A DNA stretch of 64,000 bases from an uncultured virus (IMG/VR IMGVR_UViG_3300009873_000002). Its lineage: Duplodnaviria > Heunggongvirae > Uroviricota > Caudoviricetes. The stretch is taken from positions 62,001 through 126,000 of IMG/VR virus record IMGVR_UViG_3300009873_000002. The stretch is one strand, 5' to 3'. Each line of letters opens with the position of its first letter. Within the stretch, counting starts at the first letter, position 1. Made by a program: the position numbers and the translations under genes. Shown here one piece after another: positions 36,391 through 43,849 of this stretch. Under the pieces are notes generated by a model. The model was not told the origin of the DNA, searched no databases, and worked only from the letters and a program-made list of their open reading frames with translations.

Positions 36391-38382
36391 TTATCCGATA
36401 AATAACTGCGATGTAACATTCTCCGGTGGAGGACATGACGGCAGCGGAATGATCAGCTGGGATGTCACATTCTGTGGTGGAGGACATTGTATCGGGTTAA
36501 ATACTGATAAGGATGACGTTACGTTACATGGTGGACAACAGTCAGTTGACGGAATAACCGGTATACAAACTGTAGGATCAAACATTTCGGCAAGGTCAGC
36601 TTGTTCATTCTTAATCCATGCTTTGTCAACATCTTCTTCACAACATATACGGACTCCGTATCTTTTGCGAATGACATCATTGTACATAGCATCGCCAAAC
36701 TCACATTTGGCATTTAGGTAGTCTTGCGTATTACAAACCCGGGTTTCAAATCCAGGTTCAACAAAAGGTTTAGTGGGCTCTGGAACATAAGGTGGAGGAC
36801 ATTGCGTACAATCAGCAAAAGCTCTCACTATAGGTCCCGGGAGCATTATAGGGCAATCACAAATTACAGGATCTGTGCTCTCACGTACATACCAGCATCT
36901 TTCATCGCCTTCAATCTGAACAACCATTCCTACATAAGCAGATAAGTCGTCAGCAACTGAAATGGTTTCTTGGTTGTTGGCGCAATTGGCTAACCAGAAA
37001 CAGTGAGGTAAACAGGTTTGACAATCCTGGAAGGACTGGGTCATGTTTACAGCAACCGGTGCCTGACAAGTCAATGCCTGAGTTACATTCCAACAGACAC
37101 CATCGTAGCCGTCTATTTGGATAACAGAACCTACTTGAGCAGCAAGATCTGTATTTGTAATTATGTTCGGTAATGTACCAGCACAATCAATAAGTTCATA
37201 ACAAGTACCAAGACACTCTTGACAGTCAGCAAATGCTTGAACTAAAGTTACGGGTATAACTCCAGTACAGTTCTGAGCAACAGATACTGTCCAGCAACCT
37301 CCTCCTTGTAATTGAACAGTCTGACCTACATAAGCTGATAAGTCGGTATCTGTAATCAAGAAAGCAAAGCCGTTACACGCATCTAATCTGTAGCAAGGAT
37401 TAGCTTGAGACCATACTGCAGCAATGATGTCATCTCCGGGCATCGTATCTGTTACAGCACCGGTAAGACCAGCATTAGCTGTAACCATCATATTAGATTC
37501 CCTAGAGTAGAATCCATTAGTGAATGAATGGTAATGTGCTGCAAAAATCCTAGGTAATGCAACAGGTGGTAAAGTTGTTGGATTCTGTACAGTCCATGTG
37601 TTACCACCGTCTGTACTTATTAAGCGCTCGTCTCCTTGGCCTGTAGCCCACATCGTAGTAGCATCATACTTAGGTAACCAGGTCATGTGTAAACCTTCTC
37701 TATAAAGGAAGTCATGAACCATGGTGAAGGTGTTACCACCATCTAAACTCTTAAGTATAGCATTCTGACAACAAATAACAATTTCTTGCTGATCATTCGA
37801 CATGTAAATAGCAACAGGAGCAAGTACACTTATAACACCGTTTAGGTCGTTACCTCCATTCACAGCAGACCAAGTTACACCTCCATCATTTGTACGGAAA
37901 GCATAAGTCTCAAGAGATGACTGATAGAAACCTACCACACCTATTAATGGAGTGGTGAAGTGCACACAGTAAGCCCCTCCTCCCAGATTACCTCCAGTAG
38001 GTGTAGGCCATGATGCGGTTAAGTTAAAAGTTAATCCACCATCATTACTGATCACACATCGACCGTTGTCACCAACAGCTACAATGTTGTTGGAATCAAT
38101 TACCCATACTTCCCAGAATTGTTTGGCGCCAAGATATGTACCGGCCGGAGCTGCCCAAGTATTACCACCATCAACAGATACTCCTATCCCTCCGAATCCT
38201 TGACCTGATACACCTACTACAAACACCTTATCCGGGTTGTTAGGATCGGTCATCACATCATAAAGGGTCCCTGTATAACTAGGGAAAGACGATTGCAGGT
38301 CGACACTCGTCCACGGTGGTGTGAAATTGGTAAGGCGTCTAACCTTACCTCCTTGACCTACATAATACGTCTTAGCTGCCAT
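36391..38382 (-). CDS. Asp-box (BNR) beta-propeller structural protein with three Cys-rich repeats
   Basis: Five S/TxDGGxTW/F Asp-boxes (SVDGGNTW, SNDGGLTF, TNDGGVTW, SLDGGNTF, STDGGNTW). Three ~68-aa Cys repeats. Three terminal CxPPxNVTSxL motifs. Confidence 0.75.
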   Translation of the reverse strand: MAAKTYYVGQGGKVRRLTNFTPPWTSVDLQSSFPSYTGTLYDVMTDPNNPDKVFVVGVSGQGFGGIGVSVDGGNTWAAPAGTYLGAKQFWEVWVIDSNNIVAVGDNGRCVISNDGGLTFNLTASWPTPTGGNLGGGAYCVHFTTPLIGVVGFYQSSLETYAFRTNDGGVTWSAVNGGNDLNGVISVLAPVAIYMSNDQQEIVICCQNAILKSLDGGNTFTMVHDFLYREGLHMTWLPKYDATTMWATGQGDERLISTDGGNTWTVQNPTTLPPVALPRIFAAHYHSFTNGFYSRESNMMVTANAGLTGAVTDTMPGDDIIAAVWSQANPCYRLDACNGFAFLITDTDLSAYVGQTVQLQGGGCWTVSVAQNCTGVIPVTLVQAFADCQECLGTCYELIDCAGTLPNIITNTDLAAQVGSVIQIDGYDGVCWNVTQALTCQAPVAVNMTQSFQDCQTCLPHCFWLANCANNQETISVADDLSAYVGMVVQIEGDERCWYVRESTDPVICDCPIMLPGPIVRAFADCTQCPPPYVPEPTKPFVEPGFETRVCNTQDYLNAKCEFGDAMYNDVIRKRYGVRICCEEDVDKAWIKNEQADLAEMFDPTVCIPVIPSTDCCPPCNVTSSLSVFNPIQCPPPQNVTSQLIIPLPSCPPPENVTSQLFIG
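36800..37396 (-). repeat. Three tandem ~68-aa Cys-rich protein repeats
   Basis: CYRLDAC...TDLSAYVGQTVQL...CW...FADCQEC / CYELIDC...TDLAAQVGSVIQI...CW...FQDCQTC / CFWLANC...DDLSAYVGMVVQI...CW...FADCTQC. Confidence 0.8.
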
Positions 38383-38389
38383 CTCTTCT

Positions 38390-38590
38390 TTATTTCGGGA
38401 ATTGGGCTGTTATACTGGTAACTTGGATTCCACCTTGTGCAGGCTTCACTGAATCCGCTTTTTTGTTCTTAAGGCTCTGTTCGTAAGCTGCTGCGCATGA
38501 TGAGCAAACAGACTTACCGTCAGAAGCTGTTCTTTTCTGGCAACCACAACTCATCGTGGCTCCACAGTTTAGGCATTTAGTATTTCCCAT
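38390..38590 (-). CDS. Small Cys-rich (zinc-binding-like) protein
   Basis: 66 aa. CLNC...CGC...CSSC. A/C-rich leader before the ATG. Confidence 0.65.
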   Translation of the reverse strand: MGNTKCLNCGATMSCGCQKRTASDGKSVCSSCAAAYEQSLKNKKADSVKPAQGGIQVTSITAQFPK

Positions 38591-38609
38591 ATCGGTTGGT
38601 TTTTGTTGG

Positions 38610-39158
38610 TTATCGACATGTTGTGCAATTGAACTTGTTAAGTAGCTTCATTGCATAGTTGAAGATCTCCATACCCTTCTTTGGGTGATGACAGAATTCA
38701 ACCTGTGCTTTAGCTGCATATAACAATGAACGAATATATTGAAGTTCGCGTAATTTATCCTTGGTTGCGGCTGTAGGTTCACATCCTGCAAGATCAAGAG
38801 AACATAACGCTTTTTGGTATTTCATCAATGCTTTGGTAATACGTAGATGGTTGTATTCAACATACACTACATCTAACGGAGAGACTGCCCAACGAATAAC
38901 GTATATGCCATCCGGGAGGCCAGCAAATGTCTGACCGCAATCCTGAGTTTGAAGTTCAAGATCACAGGCTGTAAGATTTGTCGAAAACCCTGGTGCAAAC
39001 TGATCGAATACAACCGGTCCTAGAAATCCTGGAACGGTTACATAGAGGGTCGGACAAGTCACTGGAAGGTTGGGATCGTATACTGAAGTATCGACCACAC
39101 GTAGGATGCAATCATTCATCACATCCGGTATATCTAAACTGAGTTTGTGCTGTCCCAT
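38610..39158 (-). CDS. Conserved structural (tail/neck) protein
   Basis: 182 aa. LRVVDTSVYDP and LPDGIYVIRWAVSP motifs resemble a conserved crAss-like structural gene. Confidence 0.55.
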   Translation of the reverse strand: MGQHKLSLDIPDVMNDCILRVVDTSVYDPNLPVTCPTLYVTVPGFLGPVVFDQFAPGFSTNLTACDLELQTQDCGQTFAGLPDGIYVIRWAVSPLDVVYVEYNHLRITKALMKYQKALCSLDLAGCEPTAATKDKLRELQYIRSLLYAAKAQVEFCHHPKKGMEIFNYAMKLLNKFNCTTCR

Positions 39159-39161
39159 ATA

Positions 39162-39482
39162 TTAATCTTTTTGCCAGTCTTTATTTATCCAGGTTTTTAA
39201 TCTATGACAGTTTGCACATAACACTCTTAAGTTATCAAACTCATTGTTATTGTGGTTCCCATCTATGTGATCTATATCCAATTGACATTCGTGTATTGGT
39301 ATAAACCCGCAATTATCACACCTCTCCTTTTTGATACATCTCTTGTACACACGAGTTCTAAAGCTTCCCTTTTTACGCCCCTTTCTCTTATCTTTAGATA
39401 AAACCTTACACTTTCTGGAACAGAATCTCTTACCAGATCTGGTAAGTGTTATAGGGGTTTTGCAATGTTCACAGTTAGCCAT
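39162..39482 (-). CDS. HNH endonuclease with N-terminal zinc ribbon
   Basis: Likely ATG at 39482 (MANCEHC). KRFCSRKC. CDNCG...LDIDHIDGNHNNNEFDNLRVLCANCHRLKT. Confidence 0.88.
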   Translation of the reverse strand: MANCEHCKTPITLTRSGKRFCSRKCKVLSKDKRKGRKKGSFRTRVYKRCIKKERCDNCGFIPIHECQLDIDHIDGNHNNNEFDNLRVLCANCHRLKTWINKDWQKD

Positions 39483-39493
39483 AGTTACATAAA

Positions 39494-39536
39494 GCAAAAA
39501 GGGAGAGGAGAAATGTATCTCGCTCTCCCTTAGCTT
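39494..39536 (-). terminator. Rho-independent terminator
   Basis: AAGGGAGAG...CTCTCCCTT stem followed by a T-run on the minus strand, after the 521-aa gene. Confidence 0.65.
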
Positions 39537-39551
39537 TGAAGTTTATACCGA

Positions 39552-41117
39552 TTACGGGAACTGAGGCACCATTGGGGTACAGTTGGTACATCCTACCACT
39601 GTCATGGTTACACAGTCAGCACAGTTGCTTAACCAAGTGTTCATGAAGGTTTCGAATGCAGCGTTTGTACCGGTAGTTACTACCTCCAGTAAGTACTGGT
39701 CGTTATCAAACGTTCCCGAAGGATTGTTGTAACGAGGCACGCTGTGAAGGATGAAGTAACGAGTGTAGAATGCAGCTCTGTTGATCGCAGCAAGGATATC
39801 GTTTCCTTGAGTAACCTCACGGATACGGATATCAGTAGCAAAGTAGTTCTGCAGGTAGCTTTCTGACAAGATCAAGTCACGAAGAACTGTCTCACCAAAA
39901 CCTTGCCCTTGACGTGGAGGACATTCCTCGATCACGCAAATTCCTTCGAATACGCAAGGATCTCCTGTGTAGTCTACTAAAGATGCAAGGATCTTAACCG
40001 GCTCCTTCTCGAAGAAGTCGCTTGGTTGGAATGAGCAATCTCCAAATACAGTACCTACGTAAGCTCCGTAAAGGATCAAACCGGCACAAGCATTTGCCAC
40101 GTGACCTGGAGATACATAAGCATCCCAAGTGTTTGCAGCGCCAGGAGTTCCTGGTGCGTAGTATACAGTTCCAGCTTCACTTACTACAACAGGCTGTACG
40201 AAAGCCTTCAAGTAAGGATCATTGATGATCTCATTAGCCCATGCAATCATTACAAGGGTTGAATCAACTGGAGACGGTGCGTTAGGATCCGGGCAGCATC
40301 CTGTTGGAGCAGGAAGTGTACGGTACGCATTGTGGTTCAAGAAACGCAATGTTGGCGATCCTTTCACATCGATACGGAGATAGTAAGTCTCATCGCACTG
40401 GAATTCGAAGCAGCAAGCTGCATTTGAACCAGCTACAGTATCAACTGTGATCTCAGCAGGTGTTCCTGGAGTTCCTACAATTGTAGGATCTGGAGCAAGA
40501 ACATCACCAACAGTATATCCGATACCACCATTTACAATCGTTACAATTGTGATGATACCACCTACGATAGTGATATTAGCTGTAGCACCAGAACCTGTTC
40601 CGCCAATAAGAGGAACGTTAGTGTATACACCATTGGTATATCCTACACCAGCTACTGAAAGTGTAACCGTAGCTACACCTGAAGAGGTATAAGGAGTGTT
40701 ACCAATGTGCACCACATGATTCTGTGGAGTACAAGGATCTACGCGATAGAACTCGCGGATGAATTTCGGGTTGATCAACTTCGATTTGTTCGACTCTTGA
40801 TAACCACCGTGGAATGGACCAATCTTATCGTTTTGGTATAACGCAGCGCTTGCCAGAATTAACGGGCAGCATGAGTTACTTGAAACGAAAGCAAGATCCA
40901 CGGATTGATACCCTGTTTTAGGGTTGAAGAATCCGAAACTTCCCACACCATAATTTTGTGCCGGGGTGGACGACACTTGCGCTAGGTTTGCCGATGGCAC
41001 ACCAGCAACAGTAAGGAAACCGTTGGTCAAGTTCGGGTTCGGATTTTGTCCGGCACCAACACCTGAAACCTGTGTTCCTACCATTGTCTTGCGAAACGCG
41101 TGATTAAAATAAGCCAT
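39552..41117 (-). CDS. Putative auxiliary capsid/structural protein with inserted GxGY module
   Basis: 521 aa. Has its own promoter and terminator. SKLINPKFI and YYLRIDVKGSP motifs plus head-block position fit the crAss auxiliary capsid protein. Confidence 0.55.
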   Translation of the reverse strand: MAYFNHAFRKTMVGTQVSGVGAGQNPNPNLTNGFLTVAGVPSANLAQVSSTPAQNYGVGSFGFFNPKTGYQSVDLAFVSSNSCCPLILASAALYQNDKIGPFHGGYQESNKSKLINPKFIREFYRVDPCTPQNHVVHIGNTPYTSSGVATVTLSVAGVGYTNGVYTNVPLIGGTGSGATANITIVGGIITIVTIVNGGIGYTVGDVLAPDPTIVGTPGTPAEITVDTVAGSNAACCFEFQCDETYYLRIDVKGSPTLRFLNHNAYRTLPAPTGCCPDPNAPSPVDSTLVMIAWANEIINDPYLKAFVQPVVVSEAGTVYYAPGTPGAANTWDAYVSPGHVANACAGLILYGAYVGTVFGDCSFQPSDFFEKEPVKILASLVDYTGDPCVFEGICVIEECPPRQGQGFGETVLRDLILSESYLQNYFATDIRIREVTQGNDILAAINRAAFYTRYFILHSVPRYNNPSGTFDNDQYLLEVVTTGTNAAFETFMNTWLSNCADCVTMTVVGCTNCTPMVPQFP

Positions 41118-41154
41118 GTGATGTTAAGGTTTTAAGGTTACAAACATATAATAC

Positions 41155-41184
41155 AATATAAGCATTGTTGTTGAGATATGCAAA
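41155..41184 (-). promoter_or_regulatory. Putative late promoter TTTG-N19-TTATATT
   Basis: Same spacing as the other copies. Upstream of the 521-aa structural gene. Confidence 0.55.
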
Positions 41185-41202
41185 TCTGTAGCAACTTTTT
41201 TA

Positions 41203-41754
41203 TCAAGCACCAGCCATTTCGTTATCCAGCAATCTGATTGCGATCTTATCCTCACCGAATGCAGCAAGCTTATCCAGCCAAGTCTGCATCTTATCATGCT
41301 CTTCTACTTGCTCTTTCAAATACTTGAGAGCCAGCTCATACAGAATGTGATCTCCCTTTTTTAAAGCATCAGAAGCCAACTGTTTACATTGGTTGGACAC
41401 TTCAACTTCATGGTCAAAGGACATTCGAATGATCTCTGGTAAACCGGTGAAATTCTGATCAGGTGCATCAAGCTTGGGTGTAGTTGGTTGAACTCCCATA
41501 GCTAACAAATATTCACGAGCCCAATCAGCGTGTGCCATTTCCTCCTGGGAATACTTCTTCCATAAGGATGCGGCTCCTGTATAACCCATGTTGTTTAACC
41601 ACATTGACATAGCAAGGTAAATCCTTGAGGAGTATTCTTCCTGCTGAATTCTGTAGTTAAGGTGAGAAATAGCTGAGTCGTTTATCAATGGATTGTGAGT
41701 CCTTGGAATTGGGGCTGCTCCACCAGATCTTGCAAGTTTACGTGTCTGTTCCAT
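41203..41754 (-). CDS. ftnA: Ferritin (non-haem FtnA-like)
   Basis: QQEEYSSRIYLAMS, SQEEMAHA, DHEVEVS and KEQVEEH carry the ferroxidase-centre E/Y/E/H/E/Q/E pattern. Confidence 0.88.
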   Translation of the reverse strand: MEQTRKLARSGGAAPIPRTHNPLINDSAISHLNYRIQQEEYSSRIYLAMSMWLNNMGYTGAASLWKKYSQEEMAHADWAREYLLAMGVQPTTPKLDAPDQNFTGLPEIIRMSFDHEVEVSNQCKQLASDALKKGDHILYELALKYLKEQVEEHDKMQTWLDKLAAFGEDKIAIRLLDNEMAGA

Positions 41755-41756
41755 AA

Positions 41757-42461
41757 TTAGTTGTTGCTTTCAACAGATTGTGATGATCGTTGCACCTGGT
41801 TACCGGATTCTATATCTCCGGACAATATGGTCACAGCTTCATCGATTAATAACTCCACAATATCATCTTTAAACTCGGAGATCACATCTGCGGGAGATGC
41901 TACTCCTGTATAGGGATCGACACAACCTGCAATCTGAATCAGACGAGGTTGGCGATAGTAAGTCATTGTTGCATTGGATACACTAAAGTCATTGTTAGTG
42001 TATATGAGAAGGTTGTTATTCTTCAACGTACAAACAGTCTCGCCCCATTCGAAACTTGGCTGTTTGTGTTTATCACGGAGGATATCATCGATATTAGCCT
42101 CCTCAACTTGCCAGATCTTTAGCCTGCGGGCTTCATCACAGCATTCACTTTTAGCATAAGCTGATACCCTTTTCCACTCCATGTAATCTGCCGGGAGAGG
42201 GCTTTGTTCGAAGATACCCTTTGGCGTCATAACCAAAGTTGGGGTATCTGTAAGTAGCACTTGTAAATCGTCAATTCTACGCTTGGACTGTTCGTCACCC
42301 TCCTGCTTGATGTTCATACCATGCAGCTGCCTGCGGCACCATTGTACCTGGCCCTTGTTAAACGCCTCAACAATTTGCCAGCACTCTATGTTGTCATAGT
42401 CATTGCTGGCAAGTTTGTTGATACGTTCTTTAATCTTCAGTTGTAGTGTGACGTTGTTCAC
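41757..42461 (-). CDS. Head-tail connector / ring protein
   Basis: 234 aa, GTG start. AFNKGQ...EQSKRRIDDLQVLL, LPADY and YYRQP motifs typical of the crAss ring-1-like gene. Confidence 0.65.
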   Translation of the reverse strand: MNNVTLQLKIKERINKLASNDYDNIECWQIVEAFNKGQVQWCRRQLHGMNIKQEGDEQSKRRIDDLQVLLTDTPTLVMTPKGIFEQSPLPADYMEWKRVSAYAKSECCDEARRLKIWQVEEANIDDILRDKHKQPSFEWGETVCTLKNNNLLIYTNNDFSVSNATMTYYRQPRLIQIAGCVDPYTGVASPADVISEFKDDIVELLIDEAVTILSGDIESGNQVQRSSQSVESNN

Positions 42462-42463
42462 TC

Positions 42464-42694
42464 TTACTTGCTTTTACGCTTTACTGAACCACCCTTTTTG
42501 AAACTTACAGACTTGTTGTAAGATCCACCTGTGGATTTCTTCTCCAATCTCAAAGTGCCTACAGTTTTACGTGCTGTAGCAGCTGTAGAGTCAGTTGCAG
42601 GTTTAGCTGCAGGTTTGGAATACGTGGACGATGCTGATTGAGCTTTCTTCTCAGCAGCTCCTCCACCTTTTTGCATTTTCTTTAATTTGGCCAT
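42464..42694 (-). CDS. Small basic protein with xxxGG motifs
   Basis: Likely ATG at 42694 (MAKLKKMQKGGG...KSTGG...FKKGGSVKRKSK), 76 aa, K/A/S-rich, with ACCAAC leader. Confidence 0.65.
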   Translation of the reverse strand: MAKLKKMQKGGGAAEKKAQSASSTYSKPAAKPATDSTAATARKTVGTLRLEKKSTGGSYNKSVSFKKGGSVKRKSK

Positions 42695-42713
42695 GGTTAT
42701 ATGTGTTAGTTGG

Positions 42714-43736
42714 TTACTCGTTCCAATTTTGCTCAACCGATCTGGTGATCTCAACCAGAAGGTTTTCATTGAGCGGGTTTCTCAAATACTCGACAACCTC
42801 CATCGGATTCTTACCAAGCATAGTGCTTGATGGTAAGTGATAAATAAATCCATCACTTCTGGTACCGATAACTTTGTAGAACGCTGCATCTTTTACAATG
42901 GCACGTAAAGTCAATGACTCCATATCCATTGCTGCAGTTTCTGAGAACTTCGCGGCTGCACGCATTTGGTTGCGCTCAACTCCTTTACCGTTGATGAAGT
43001 TATCCATGTTGTCATAGATAATATCCGGAGGAGTAGATGTTTTGTATTGTGCACTGTTTGCATCCAATACCTTAGCCACCATACGAAGCTTCTTCGGTGT
43101 CTTGTCAAACAACTTCTGTAACTCAGCAAGAGCTTTGTTACGCGCTTTCTTAAGCTCAGTCTTCAGAGCTACAGTCTCAACAAGTTTGTCAAGATAGAAC
43201 TTTGGAGCAACTGGCATCTTCTTAGCTTCTTCGTAACTGCGAGCAATCATAGTGAACCCACCAGCCTCGATCGCAAATAACCTGATCCTGTCATTAGGAT
43301 CTTTTACCGGATCCAGGAACACAGGCTCATTACCGCAACGAAGGACTATCTTATCCCAGAATTTGGCATTGTCAGGACGTAACAGTTGTACCTTGTTCCA
43401 AAATTCAGGATCATCCACTTCTATGATATTCGCAGCAAGTTCCTTTTCTAACTCAGAAACAGCAGTGCGAATTCTCTTTATTGCAGCCTTACGCTCTTCA
43501 GCATCTTTGATCATTCTGATCTCAGGTGCAAATTCATTCAGACCGGTAACGTAACGTTTTACGCCATTGATCTCTAAACAGGCAAGCTGTTCTTCATGAC
43601 ACACTCCGTCAAAGAGCGATAATCCGTATTTCTCAAGACCCATGTTTTCCTTCGAGTCATCGAAGTATGGTCTAATTGAAATTGTACCCTGTTTATGAGC
43701 CGGGTTGGTCTCTACGATAGTCACATCTTTACTCAT
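42714..43736 (-). CDS. Conserved head-block protein downstream of MCP
   Basis: 340 aa, charged. Same position as the conserved post-MCP gene of crAss-like phages. Confidence 0.55.
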   Translation of the reverse strand: MSKDVTIVETNPAHKQGTISIRPYFDDSKENMGLEKYGLSLFDGVCHEEQLACLEINGVKRYVTGLNEFAPEIRMIKDAEERKAAIKRIRTAVSELEKELAANIIEVDDPEFWNKVQLLRPDNAKFWDKIVLRCGNEPVFLDPVKDPNDRIRLFAIEAGGFTMIARSYEEAKKMPVAPKFYLDKLVETVALKTELKKARNKALAELQKLFDKTPKKLRMVAKVLDANSAQYKTSTPPDIIYDNMDNFINGKGVERNQMRAAAKFSETAAMDMESLTLRAIVKDAAFYKVIGTRSDGFIYHLPSSTMLGKNPMEVVEYLRNPLNENLLVEITRSVEQNWNE

Positions 43737-43810
43737 ATTTGTTGGTTTGTTGGTGAACTCTCAGTGCTTATACCAGGTTACGAACCCGCGAGGTGCAAAC
43801 ACGTATAAGC

Positions 43811-43842
43811 AAAAAAGGGAGGGAACATTTCGGCTCCCTCCC
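43811..43842 (-). terminator. Rho-independent terminator after MCP
   Basis: Minus strand GGGAGGGAGC-loop-GTTCCCTCCC followed by TTTTTT. Confidence 0.8.
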
Positions 43843-43849
43843 GGTATTC

